Assembly: GCF_000315625.1 (NCBI RefSeq)
Contig: NW_005434642.1
Coordinates: forward strand, 485,869 to 549,868
Length of the DNA: 64,000 nucleotides
DNA from: Guillardia theta CCMP2712
Lineage: Eukaryota > Protista > Cryptophyta
Direction: 5' to 3'
Shown: piece by piece, positions 1 through 12,214 of the stretch
How positions within the stretch are numbered: position 1 is the first letter of the stretch
Layout: every line of letters begins with the position of its first letter
The notes under the pieces: generated by a model
Database searches by the model: none
What the model was told of the DNA's origin: nothing
Seen by the model: the letters and a program-made list of their open reading frames with translations, nothing else
Translations under genes and position numbers: made by a program

Positions 1-631
1 CGACCCTGACGTGCTCATGGACGGGGACGGAGAGGAGGGGCTGGGACACAAGCCTACCCAGATGATGCGGCAGTGCATGGGGGAGTGCAACAACTTCTGC
101 CTGCCCAAGTGCGAGGGGCGCAAGGAAAGGCTCAAGGCGCAGCAGGCTCAGTCCACCAGCGCCAATCTCCAGATGATGTCCGTCAACTGCACCCGCGCGT
201 GCCGGCGAACGTGCCTGGGGTCATGCAAGCCCAAGGTGCAGGAGAGAGTTGCTGTGCTGCGGCAGGACTACGCCAACAAACTGCATCCCTTCTATAAGAA
301 GGAGAGGAACGGCACGGGCGTTGACGGACAGTATCCGCCCGGAGACTGGAGGAGAAACACCTTCCTTGGCTCGAAGGATCAGAGCTTCGGCTTCGGCCGC
401 CCCAGGCATGGAGGAGAAGGTCGCAGGCGCGCGAGAGAGAGCTGGGGAGAGGGACGAGGAGGAGGAGGAGGAGGAGGAGGAGAGGGAATGGCAGCCAAGA
501 AGGGCTCTTTCTCCTGGACCTGGTACGGAGGCCTCCTCCTCGTCTGCCTGCTCGGTTTCGGCGTCGGTTACTGGCAATGGCAGAGCAGAAGATGGAGGAA
601 GGGAAGGGGAGCTGCGATGAGGTCGCTCTAG
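1..631 (+). CDS. Hypothetical protein, 3' part: Cys-rich CxxxC repeats plus C-terminal transmembrane helix
   Basis: Open frame to TAG at 631. Contains CMGECNNFCLPKC and CTRACRRTC, then hydrophobic WYGGLLLVCLLGFGVGYW and a basic tail. The 5' end is probably outside the window. Confidence 0.6.
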   Translation, partial: DPDVLMDGDGEEGLGHKPTQMMRQCMGECNNFCLPKCEGRKERLKAQQAQSTSANLQMMSVNCTRACRRTCLGSCKPKVQERVAVLRQDYANKLHPFYKKERNGTGVDGQYPPGDWRRNTFLGSKDQSFGFGRPRHGGEGRRRARESWGEGRGGGGGGGGEGMAAKKGSFSWTWYGGLLLVCLLGFGVGYWQWQSRRWRKGRGAAMRSL

Positions 632-811
632 AGAAACCAGACACTCTCTCCCTCCTCCCTCCTCCCTCCTCACTGCGCAAATGGGAGCAGATTGTGTGTT
701 AATGCTAATTTCTTAAAAGCGTTGATAATTGGAGACCGGAGGGAAGAGGAGAGCAGGGGGGGGGAGAGGAGAGGGGGGGAAGAGCAAGGCTTCTATACAA
801 TCATGTTTCTC

Positions 812-3800
812 TCAGCTCTCGAACAACAACGTTGCTGAGCACAGGAACGCGCTTCTCGCATGGTTGTTCCTCACCACCACGAGAAAATCCTGCAGGGCTG
901 TCAGGTAGGGAAGAACCAGCTCCTCTGCCTTACGCTCTCCCCTGCTCCTTCCGGCACTCCTCCCATCACCCTCCTCGCATCCTCCGCCTTCAGCAGGGCC
1001 ATGGCGAACCCGCGCCTGCGACGCTCAGCTGTCAGGCCGTTGCCTCCCCGTGACCTCCCGTACCCTGTGAGGAAGTTGTGACAGCCCGAGGTCACGTAGC
1101 CCCCGACGTCCTCAAGGACGGTGATGGACTCTGTCTCCTCCTCCTCCTGCTCTCGCGGTAGTTCAAGTCTCAGCTCGGAGCTGGTGGTCTTGCTAATGCT
1201 GAGTTGCTCTCCCCTTCCCTCCTTCAGCACCTTGCGCAGCCTCCGTTGCAAGTCGCCGCCCAACACCGTCAGGATGGCGTTCTGACAGGGGACGCCGCGC
1301 TTCTCCGATTGGAGCACCACAGGCACCAACTGCCTCCCTCCTCTCCCCTCACTATCTCGTGCTGCTGGCCCACACAACGACAACCACCGCACCCTCTCTC
1401 GAATCACCTCCACCACCCCGCCAGCGTCTCCTCCTCCCCCTCCGAACAATGCTGTCCAGCTCTCAGGCGTCACGACAGCGTGTCGGGTCCCGAGCTTCCT
1501 GTAGTTGACCCGGACAGACGGAGGAAGAACCTCGGACCTGCTCGTCCGATCAGTCGGGTGACTGACAGCTGGGAGGGAGAAGGACCTTTCTTCGCTCTTC
1601 CGGGCTTCCAGCTCCGACCACTCCTTGTACATGAGGGAATCGGGATAGTCGAAAGGGAACGTCGCTGAGCAGTGATGAAGATTGATCTCCTGATTCGCAT
1701 CTTCTTCAGCTCCTCTACGCAGGGAACTTCCCTCCTCTCACCTTGTGCTCCATCACTCCAATCGCCCTCCCGCCGTTGAGGATCAGAGCGTTCCAGAAGA
1801 CTCTCGACCAGCCCCCAGGGAGGAGGAGGACCCACTTCTTCGTGCTCGGCATGCGAGGAAGTTTCGACCTCCCGTCGGCTCTGATGAGGAGGACGCTGGT
1901 ATCCAGGGCGACGCCCTCCCTGGCCTGTTTGTCTCCGGTTGCGGGTCTGAACGTTAACAAACCCTCTTGACGATAAGCATGCAAGGAAGAGTCGGAGAGA
2001 GGACGAGATCGGAGTTGGCTGCACTGGAGAATGAGCATTCGCACACTGACAACAGTCAAATTGACCTCGGCAAGTCCCAGAAGGCTCCTCGGCATAGTCG
2101 AGCTCCCCCAGCGCTCCCCTTCCCTGCCGCGTTTCCGACGCTCCTCGTACTTGAAAGCCAGGGTTTCCTTGAGAAGACTCCTTCCCTTTCATCGCCCTCG
2201 TCGCCCTTGGCGGACCTGCTCTCCTTCTAAAAACGTCGCTGCTTTCCGACTGACCCCGTACCTGAGTGCCTTCACCAGCCGGGGGTCGATGCATGTCAGA
2301 GCAAGCGCACTTCCCGGCGGAAGAACTTGATAGGAGCTCGAGCCCTTGACGCTGTTCCAAGCCTTCCATGCGTCAGGAGCAATCAAGTCTCCATTCTTCT
2401 CACCTCTAACTGCAACTCCCCATCTGGGTAGGAGCCGCTGGCCTCTGTCATGTTGGTGGAACTCAGGCATCTTGCAAGGGTTCTGATCTGAAGGGACTTG
2501 TACGCCTCCGAGCTCGGACAGATAATCTTCTCCAAGAGCTGATCGCTGGTTGGACCCTGTAGCTCGAAGCGCGCTAACGCCCTGCCAGGATGAAGTGAAC
2601 GGACCAAAGTCGATGAGGTGAGGCACCTTGTTTGAGCCCAGCGCACTCTGCCATGGACCGTCTTGTTGCACCATTCGAACTCAGCTTGCAACATCGCAGA
2701 GGCCTGAGGATTTATCCAAAGGAGAGCTTCCCGCATGTTGCCATCACCCTTCAAGCATCTCAGATCTTGTACTTGCAAGATGTATGTTTACCGTAGATGG
2801 CCTGCACATCGCCTGTGCTGGCCCGATGACTCGATGATGGACTGAGGTTGACGAGCAGGCGAGACAAGTGACTTCAAACCCTCCACTCATGAATCTTTTG
2901 TCGATCTTCGAGCAATCGTTGAACAACTTTCCTGTGAAACAGATGTCAACAGAAGGTTCATGGAAGGGAACGAACTGCGGAGCAAGGTGCAAAGGTGCAG
3001 ATTCATACGGAGGAAGGAGAACAAATCAGCTTCAGGGCCCTCCAGCCTCCAGCATGCGAGGTATGACGCATCCTGCAGGACCGTTCGGGTCTTTGACCAC
3101 CTCACTGCTGCTCGAGAAGATACGTCTCTCCGCTGCCGTACGCGTCAGGATTGCCAGCTTTGAGCCGCGAAAGCTCACATGCAGAGGAAGCCGGTATCCC
3201 CACATACTCCCCATCTTCATCCTCTTGACGTGCCAGAGGTGTGTAGACAGAAATCTTTGAGCATCGCCACCATCCTAACCGCCCAGTCGCTCAGCTTAGC
3301 TAGCAACGCCAACCCACTGCCTACCTTTGCACAGCCTTCCCTGCCCTCGAAGGAAGCATGCATGTTCCGCACGTATCTCCTCTGTGCTCTGTAGAGTTGC
3401 GGCGCCTTGCCCCTGGAGGCGTCTGCCAGCTTGACTTTCTTCTTTGGCCTCAACCTGACTTGCAGGGGAAACTTGTACCGCCGGTGGCTGGTAGCTCGTC
3501 GCCTCAGCATCATCCTAACCTCTGACCCACCGATCGGCGCCTTCTTTCCATGGCGCGCATGTCTGTCCGAGCAGGCGGGCAGAGCAGCCATCGCGTCCCT
3601 TATCTCGCACTCTCTTGCCTCAGCGAACATCTCCACCCGAAGGAAGGTGGAACCCTGGAAGGATGTGTCTTCCTTGGGGGTATGAGACCTCCTCTTCCTC
3701 TTCGCTCCTTGCTCTCTATCACTGGGAGTAAACTCTCTCGATCCTCTCTTGTTCATATCGCCAACAGGAGAAGCCGCCTCTACTTTCCCCTCCCCATTTC

Positions 3801-3972
3801 TTCGAACTCCTCGATCTGCTGCAGGCGAGCGTGATGCCATCGTGACCTCCCCCATGACCTCCCCTGCTCTCCCACCGCCCCCTCGCCCTCCCCTCCCTCC
3901 CCAGCTTTCTCCTCTCTTCCCTTGACCTCCTTCACGTCCTCCCTGCCCGCCTTCTTTTCCCCTTCCTGCCAT
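812..3972 (-). CDS. POP1: RNase P/MRP protein subunit POP1 (multi-exon)
   Basis: POP1 N-domain motifs FAEARECEIR, RRRATSHRR, HLWHVKRMKMGSMWGYRLP and LQDASY. Central WVLLLPGGWSRVFWNALILNGGRAIG. POPLD-type C-terminus GYVTSGCHNFLTGYGRS...VVVRNN; stop at 812-814 after a spliced last exon. Confidence 0.85.
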
Positions 3973-4099
3973 CGCCTTTCACAGAACGTGCGGCATGATC
4001 CGCCTCTTGCGCATGGAGGCAGTGTTTCCCTTCACCTATTTCTTGAGGTAACCCAACACTGCTGTCCTACCCAGCCTGCTCTCTCATTGAACGCCCCTC

Positions 4100-4520
4100 G
4101 GAGTCCGATTTCCGTTGAACGCCGGGCCGGGACTCGGGAGCTGCCGGGCCCGGGCCGGGCATCTCACGGTAGACTGTCGGCCGGCCCGGCCGGCCGCTCC
4201 CATCCAGCCGAGTCGACTCGTGACGGTTGCGAGAACCTCAGGAGACGTTGAGCGGTTGAAGGATGAGTAAAACTACTACCGTACCGGTTCAAGTCAGAGT
4301 CACGTGACACACATAATCACTGAAGTCATAAACAAAAGTCAGCCCGCCTCAGCGAGGAGGGCCGGGCCCGAGAAGGTAGGGTGACTCTTAGTTACATGGG
4401 GAAGTGGGGGGTACTTGTCAGGGGTGGGGTTTGTGATGATTAAATGGAGGGGGTGGGTCCCACGGGTGGTGCAGTGAGCGATATGAAAAGAGGGGGTAGG
4501 GATTGAAGGCAGGGTGACCC
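4100..4520. promoter_or_regulatory. GC-rich palindromic island plus G-rich block between divergent POP1 and psbU
   Basis: CCGGGCCCGGGCCGG-type palindromes at ~4120-4370, then GGGGTA/GGGTGGG-rich sequence at 4380-4520. Regulatory role is inferred from position only. Confidence 0.45.
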
Positions 4521-4877
4521 GTCATTGAGAGAGAAAAAAAGAATAGAGAACAGGATGAACCGAGATGAGGGACAAAGGATGATCGCTCGGAACGAGAAAA
4601 GAAAAGAGTAGGGAAGAACTAGAAGCTTCAGAAGTACCGGTACTTTTAAGAACGAATATCACAACAAGATACCGGTACTTTTGAGTCCGATAAAACGACA
4701 GTACCCCTTCTTTGAAAGACTCTTCGTAAAGAAGAAAAGAAAGACTAATAACTGTTACATTATCGTTCCTTCCTTCTTCTAATTTTTTTTTCTCAGGGTG
4801 GGCGGCGGGTGGGAAAGGTGACGGGTTTCCCCTCCTCTTAGTCTCCCCCCTCCCCAGCCACCACCGTCAGCCTCGTC

Positions 4878-5789
4878 ATGCTCCGCAAAGCCGCGCTCCT
4901 CGCCGTCGTCGCCGGCGCTTCCGCCTTCTCCTCCACTCCTTCCCTCGCTGGCCTTCATGCTAAGCCCACCAAGGTGAAGCAATTTGAAGTTTTGCACTTG
5001 CCGCACCGTCCAGTTGTTGTAAACTGTGCGTTCTTTCATCCGAATCTAAAATGCCGTACTTATTCGTCTATCGTCCTCCTTGTACGCGAATTGTCATGTC
5101 ATTCTCGGTTCCGGTCTTCTTAGAGGATTGTTTGCTATAGAAACGTATTCATAGTGCATGAATGCCTTTTCTACACAATAAGCAGGGATGAATTATTGCA
5201 TGTTTCTTGTAGAGACGTCATATTTCGCAAGGTGGTTTGCTTACGCTGTGTACGCAGGCTTGCGGAGTCACCATGCAGGCTGAGGGCTCTGTTTCCCGCA
5301 GAGACATGCTGAAGACTTTCGTTGCTGGAGCTGCCATCGCTGCCCCTGCTCTCGCCAACGCCGAAATCGATTACGCCAACCTTCCATACCTCGGCGGCTC
5401 TGACAAGATTGATGTGAACAATGCTAATATCCGCGTATACACTAAGCTCCCTGGAATGTACCCCAGCATTGCAGGAATTATCGCCAAGGTCAGTTCGCGA
5501 TGGCTGCGATGTGTGGAACCATCTAACGCTTGAGCAGAATGGCCCATACCAAACCGTTGAAGACATCTACAAGCTCCCCAAGCTCTCTGCTGAGCAGAAG
5601 GAGATCGTCAAGAAGTATGAGAAGAACCTTGTTGCGCTCGAGCCGGCCCCCGAGGTAAGATTTCTTTTCCAACTCGAAAGAGCTACCTGTCCCCTCCTTG
5701 CCTGCTTCATGTAGAATGATATGCTGTATGATGTTGACTGTTGTGTACAGTACCAGGAGGACATCTTCAACAACGGCCTCTACAGGTAA
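4878..5789 (+). CDS. psbU: Photosystem II 12 kDa extrinsic protein PsbU, nucleus-encoded, 4 exons
   Basis: Exons ~4878-4973, 5259-5488, 5538-5654, 5751-5789. Signal peptide ends ASA-F; twin-Arg lumen signal SRRDMLKTFVAGAAIAAPALANA. Mature motifs KIDVNNANIRVYTKLPGMYPSIAGIIAK-NGPY and FNNGLYR*. Confidence 0.95.
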
Positions 5790-5939
5790 ATATTTAGGTC
5801 TATCGATGAGTATACCATAAGTTAGCGTATGGTTTTGCGGATAAGAATAAATCACAATGGTTTCGAAAAAGGCTGTTTAATCATTTAACAACGAGCCATC
5901 CACAGACGAATTGCTTCACTTGTCCACAGATGAATTGCT

Positions 5940-7235
5940 TCACTTGTCCTTGAGCTTTTTGAGATGCTCTGGCTGTGCCGTCAATTCCGTCTGGTAACAC
6001 ATGTAACACTCACCTATCGCTGCCTCAAGAGCTTCGGTATCGTTGTTGGCTGCGGTTGATGCAAGTGAGGCTGTGCAGAGCAACTCGTTCGAACAGTTCT
6101 CACCGATAGCGTCATCGATGGCTCTCTCTGCTGCTGTTATCTCTGGAGACTGTTCGCCGTCTCCATCAAAGTCTGGAATGGCAGAGGATGCTGCCGAGTC
6201 TTTTTCTCGGTGAAATGGATTCATCTATGAAAACACCAGGTACTGTCAGAATGAAAGAGAAGGATGACTTGAAACATACGATTGCTTCACTCAGCCACTT
6301 CTTTGCAAGACCCGGAGTGACCCCGGACGGAAGTTCAAATCCATTGAGTTCTTGAGGACTTGTTTTACTCGTCATCAACCGTTCCGCCACAACTTGGTCC
6401 TGCTATTGGAGAATCATCGGACAGTGCACAACAATGCATCAACTCCACGTACATCGCCAACAGACTGCATAGACAGGTTGGGCCCATCGTGAGCAGCAGC
6501 TTTGTTGACTTCACGATCGTAAGCTGTACCATAGCTGCTGTTCTCTTCGATCTCCACCTGCAGGGTCGAATCACTTGCGGCGTTATCCTCCCTCGTACCA
6601 ACCTCCGTATATCCATTCTCGTCCACCAGAGAGTCCTTCAAACGATCGAGACTGACATCACTCGTGAGCCACTCTCACGTTGTTGGGAGCATAACAACTC
6701 ACGTAGCTTGCGACACTTCTCCCGTTGGAAGCACGTCTCGATTGTACCTGGCCATCCACAACCCTGAGCCTAGCACGTGCATGTGAGGGGGCTGAGGCTT
6801 ACTTGTTGTCCAGGTACAGGCGGAGGGGACCTGGTCCCATCCTGGTCACTTCATCTGTCTCCTCAAGACCTCCCCATTCTTCTGGCCAGCTGAAAGTTGA
6901 GATCAGCATTGTGAACACAACAATTCAGGTCGAGTACTTGGAGGGATACGCATCTTGTATATCGCTTTCGGGCTCTTCTTGGCTCTCAATCGCCCATTTC
7001 CCCTTGAGAATGCCTTGCTGCCTCAACCTGTCAAACCATCAAGAAACGCTCTTCTGCCATGTGTGATTTACTTCTCTGCTTCCGATGCTTGAATGATGCC
7101 CACTCCAGAACTATCGAATCTACCGCCACCGCGCAAACGTGCGCAGTACAACCTATGATTTCCATAATCCCAACATTTTCCACCATTCACGTGCGCAAGA
7201 GCGAGAGCACACAGCAGGAGCAAACGAAATAGCAT
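5940..7235 (-). CDS. Hypothetical multi-exon protein with signal peptide followed by RLRGG, acidic C-terminal part
   Basis: First exon from ATG 7235 translates MLFRLLLLCALALAHVNGGKCWDYGNHRLYCARLRGGGRFDSSG..., ending at a GTAAAT donor near 7071. Downstream acidic ORFs 6414-6641 and 5940-6224 are on the same strand. Confidence 0.6.
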
Positions 7236-7290
7236 GTTGGATATCGGTCAACGTCGGTCAAGGTATCGGTCTTGGTGTCTTCGTGCCTTG

Positions 7291-7423
<133 letters not shown>

Positions 7424-7742
7424 TACTCGGTCTCAGTCCCCTTCAGTTCGCTGTCATGCACTCAGAAGCGACTCTCTCACTGTGCATGAAGGAGGTTTCG
7501 CAGGGTGGTAGCAATGCTTGATACTCGATGTAGGGTGGGGTAAATACAGACAAAGGGGTAGGGCTACATATGGTAGGGTAGGTGATTTCAATGTACTAAT
7601 TTAAGTGGGTGTTCATTGGGTAAAGTTGGGGTACTTTACAATTCATTTCAACAGATACCATGGTGGGTACACTGGAGAGCGGGTAGGGGTCATGAATTCT
7701 CTTTGATGACGGGTGGGGCTTTTCTAGGTAGGGGTGGGAGGG

Positions 7743-9228
7743 ATGGTATGGCAGCTTGCGGTGTATCGAGGAGGAGGGATACTGATGGCGCCGCTCATCG
7801 TGATGATGATGGTGAGGAGGAGACTGAGAGGAAGAGAAACAGATCTGCTTGCTAGGCTAGGTGAGTAGAGACCTCTCGGCTCGTCTCATCTGAGCCATCT
7901 GACCAAGAGAGGTCAGGAGTCCGGTGGCAGCCAAGGCCCAAGTCTTGGGAAGGAAACCATGACGTCACATGCCTGCATGGCGCCAGCGTGGGAGAATGTC
8001 TTTCTGCTCTGACACTGGCAAGCTACCTTTCTCTCGTGCGGCCGTGCATGCGTTTTTTGATATCGAGGTAAAGGATTCGCTCGTGTTTCCTTCCATCCCC
8101 GCTAATTATTCTCGTAGCGGCTCTTCAGATGGCCTGAGAGTTCTGAACATGAGGAAGCATCAGCATCCTGAAGATGAATTCTTCTCCAAGGTTGAATGCG
8201 TCCAGGCACCAGTCGATCTCCCATATGCAGTGAAGCGATTTCTAAGGCACTGGAAACCATCCGCGTTAGTGATCTTGGAAGCTGATTTATGGCCGAACAT
8301 GTTGTATGAATGCAAACAAAGAGGCATCAGACTGATCATGGTGGATGGGAGGATAAGCCACATGTCAGCTGCTCGATGGAGCTTCTTCCTCTTCCGCCCT
8401 CTGATCTCGTACATGTTTCGAATGTTCGAGACGATCCTTTGTCAGAGCCAGCAGGACAGTGAGCGTATGCGAGCTCTCGGAGCAGAGAGGCTGACGTGTC
8501 TCGGGAGCTTGAAGCTTGTCGCGCCCATCTCATCTGTCGTACAATCAGAAGTCGATGAGATCCACAAACGCCTCTCGTATCGGATTGGCGACACCCGCAG
8601 GACAAGGAAGATTTGGATCGCTGCCAGTACGCACGAGGGAGAGGAGGAGGTTGCCATAGAAGCGCATCTAGATGTCGCATCGAAGCTGCAGTGCCCAGCT
8701 GATGCCCATGGCAAGGAGCTGAAGCCTCTGCTTGTCTTGGTTCCACGACATCCTATGCGCTGCGATCAGATTCTCACGGTGATCCAAAATCGATTTCCCC
8801 AGCTGAAGTTGAGCTTGCAGAGCAAGGATGGGATGTCGATGCTCCTGGAGGCTGATCTTCACATTGTCGACATGCTGGGAGTCTTGAGGGTCTGGTACGC
8901 AGTCGCTCCCGTCGCTCTGGTGGGAGGTTCACTCGTCGATGGTGTGGGGGGTCACAACGTGATGGAGCCGGCCTTGCTAGGGTGCTTCCCGCTCCATGGC
9001 CCTCACAATCAGAACGGTCAGCATGCGATCGACGTCATCGCAGGATCGTCACCGCACTGCATCAGGCAGGTGTCGGACAGCAGAGACTTGGCCGAAAGCA
9101 TCCGAGAGATCTTGAAGCAAGACGAGAAAGTCCTTGCCGAGCTCAAAGACACCGTCAGGAGTGAAATGAACAGCATTGCTGCGAAGCAAGGAGCACGAAT
9201 AGTCGAAGCTTTAACACCCTACATCTAA
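7743..9228 (+). CDS. waaA: 3-deoxy-D-manno-octulosonic acid (Kdo) transferase, GT30, 3 exons
   Basis: Spliced reading gives an N-terminal anchor MVWQLAVYRGGGILMAPLIVMMMVRRRLRG, then LHGASVGE, APVDLPYAVKRFLRHWKP, EADLWPN, DGRIS, WIAASTHEGEE, LVPRHP and VGGSLVDGVGGHNVMEPA. Introns ~7861-7916 and ~8069-8117. Confidence 0.92.
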
Positions 9229-9287
9229 AGATAACATGTACATTATGTTGATTACTTGAATAAAACATCGCGGGACATCATCCAGGT

Positions 9288-10970
9288 TCAAGCAAGCTGA
9301 CTTTGCAAGGCTTTTTGCAGCTTCTCTGAATACTCTCGGTAGGCTCTGCTGTCTGCCCCTTTCAAGGAGTCGTGTCGCGATTCCAGTGAGATCAAGTGCT
9401 GTCATACGGATCAATCAAGGGCAGCAGCACCAGTCTCTCATCACCTGCTCGCGGAGCCTCTGCATATCTCCAGTCGTCCACATGTCCCAGTCTTCAAGCT
9501 CGATGGAAGGATGTTTGCCGTGAAGGACTCCCTCCTTCTGCAGCTTAGTCTCGTACTGAATCAGCTAGCACGCAAGCGTCAGGTCCTCAGGCTTGCAACG
9601 ACATCACCTCACCTGCTGCATGAAGCTTCGGTTCGGCCAGGCCACCCGACGCCTCGAGTAGGTAAGACGGAAGGCATCGAATAAGCTCATTCCATTGCTC
9701 GCCATCAAGTAGGCAATCATCATCGTTGTACTTCGAGATATTCCAGCGGCACAGTGAAAGCATACAGCTCCTCCTTTCGCCAGCGATTCGTCGGTGAATT
9801 TCTTAACCTGGAACAGCACGAATCAAGAACATCCAAAGAGTTTCGAGTTCGCAGCACTAGCTGGCATTCTGACCCTACCGCTGAGAAGTGAACGGTGGCG
9901 TCGTGGTCTTCTTGGTCTTCAAGCGTGTCGATGTTGAAGTAGTTGAACTGATCAGGGAACTCGTTGTTCTGCTCGTTCACACACACTATGTGCCTAATAT
10001 TCAGCTTCTTCAACTCATCCGTCCGTTCAACCCCGCGAAAGTTGGTCAGGTACAACTTTCCTGCAACGATGCAGGAGACGGAGTCCCTGTCCTCTTGCGT
10101 GCCTGCATCAGGACTGAACACAGACGCAAGTGGTATCTCTTCCTCCTCCGCTGCATCTTGTGCAGGCGCTGCCTGGCTGTCGTCAGGATCTGCAGCTTTC
10201 TTACTCTTCGGGGGTGCAAACGCGTCTAATAGATCATCCGCCTCCTTGAGAGCCTGCTCCTGACTTTGCTTGCCTGCTTTCAGCTCTGTGTCTTTCAACT
10301 GAGGCTTCACTTGTCCATTCTTCTTCTCTTGTTCTTTGACTTGGACGAATTCTCGGAACTGCTGAGCCATTTGCTGATCTATTGAGATTTGCTCTTGCTC
10401 CTCTAGCTTCCTGCGCTGCTCCTCCTTATCTCTTGAAGCCTCTTCGTTTTGAGCCATCATCTTTGACATGGCGTTGAACTGTTGAGCCGCTTGTTGATCC
10501 AACGAAAGCTCTTCCTGTTCCTCCAGCTTCTTCCTTCGCTCCACATCTGAAAGTCGTTGTGATCCAGCTGCCTCCTGATGTTCAGCTTGAGCTTCAGTTC
10601 CTTTGAGTTGTCCAGCGCTATCAGCACTCTGCTGAAATGCTCGAAACTTCTGTGCAAACTGCTGGTCGATGGATATCTGCTCCTGCTCTTCCAGCGTGAG
10701 CTTGGCCGCCTTGGCCGCCGGCTGCACGGCAGCTTTCGACTCCGTCGCAGCAGCTTGTTGGTGTGTCCCCTTCACCCTGTCACGACCTGATGGCGCTGGT
10801 GTTGATCGGACAGGCGCGCTAGCCTTGGTAGCCTTCTGCTGGGTCGCTCCAGACTTCTGAGGCTGAACATTGGCAGCAGGCTGATCTTTTCCTTTCTTCA
10901 CCCCTTGGCCCTGCAGCACAAAGTCTTGCTTCTGGTTGGTGCTTTTTCCCTTTGACACCGAGCTTCCCAT
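9288..10970 (-). CDS. Dual-specificity protein phosphatase with N-myristoylation signal
   Basis: Starts MGSSVSK. Has KLYL...LKKLNIRHIVCV, catalytic HCAAGISRS, AYLM and RRVAWPNRSFMQQL. Short GT-AG introns; last exon ends ...QSQLA* at 9288. Confidence 0.9.
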
Positions 10971-11299
10971 GCTGTCTCAGTGACTTGTTCTACTTGAACA
11001 GAGCGTGGATGCTGCGGAAGGGTGTGCTCTGAAGGTCAGCTGACTGGTGAACACGGGTGAAGATGAGAAGGAGGGTGGCGCTGGTTCAATCTTGTTAGGA
11101 GCTACTTGTTCGATCCAGTAGAAGCAAGTGGGAGAAGAAAGCTGCTGCAGACTGTAAGGGATCGAGGAGGAACTCTAGGAGGTGGGAGGGAGCCGGGAGG
11201 GAGCAGCACGAGTCAATGCAGCGGTTGCAGCTGCGTTATCCGAGTGCCATGGCAGCCAGAATTTTTGCTCCATCGAGGTAGACTCAATTATGTGGGGGT

Positions 11300-11830
11300 A
11301 GTATGCAGAAAGCTGTGGAGATACTAGGGGATTATGGGGTAAAGAGATGATATTTCTCGATTGTAACACTAAGTAATATTGCTATAGTGATCATATCATA
11401 TAAGTAAAGTCGAGCTGGTAGGTTGTGTACCAAAAATATCTAGGGGTACTTAGGGGGGTAGGGGTACGACCGGCAAAGCCGAAAACTGAAAGTGACCAAC
11501 GAGCCCTCATCCCCTCACTGATCGGAATTTCCGAGCCTCGGATCCGACGCACAAGGCTGCAGGATCCGACGGGCTGACTCCCGGATCCGACTCGGATCCG
11601 ATCCGGGACAGTGCCTCAGTGGTCCACCAGGCCGCCCCTCCCCCGGCCGGGGGCGAGTCCGTCCGGGCCCGGGTCGCGGCCCGCCGGGCGATTTCAGTGT
11701 GGCGGCAGATCATCGGAGAGTCGGACGATGACCGGGTTTGGGTGGGATATCCTTCAAAGGGTGGGTCATAAGGGGTCAAGGGGTGGGTGGGTGGTTGAAG
11801 GGATAGATGATGACCGACAACAGGGGAGGG
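11300..11830. promoter_or_regulatory. G-rich blocks flanking a GC-palindromic island between divergent genes
   Basis: GGGGTA-rich 11295-11470, CCGG/GGATCC-rich 11520-11730, GGGTGGG-rich 11735-11830. Confidence 0.4.
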
Positions 11831-11889
11831 GGGATGAAGAAGGAGAGAGGGAAGGAGCGTGACTCAACAAAGCACACTTAGCCGACGAG

Positions 11890-12147
11890 ATGCAAAGATC
11901 ACGGGGAGTGCAGAAGAAGACAGCAGAAATGATGAGATCGAAGGTGAGAAAGCTGAGCACAAAGAATGTCCTGGTTTTCTCCGACGAGCACGGTGTGTAC
12001 GTGGAACGCTTCGCTAGGGTTCCGCCACAAATGAAACCAGCAACTTTGTCAGAGGTATTGAAAGAGGGGAAGAGCATCTTCTTCGAAGAAGAAACTACAG
12101 CCATGGAAGATATCTCTCTGAGACTTGACTTGACTGTCAAGCTGTGA
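11890..12147 (+). CDS. Small hypothetical protein (85 aa)
   Basis: Single ATG-initiated ORF with coding-like composition; no recognised motif. Confidence 0.4.
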   Translation: MQRSRGVQKKTAEMMRSKVRKLSTKNVLVFSDEHGVYVERFARVPPQMKPATLSEVLKEGKSIFFEEETTAMEDISLRLDLTVKL

Positions 12148-12214
12148 AAGTAGACATTTTGATCCGATTAGTCCATTTGGAGTCAGCAACCGGCATGCGT
12201 TTATACACATACAA

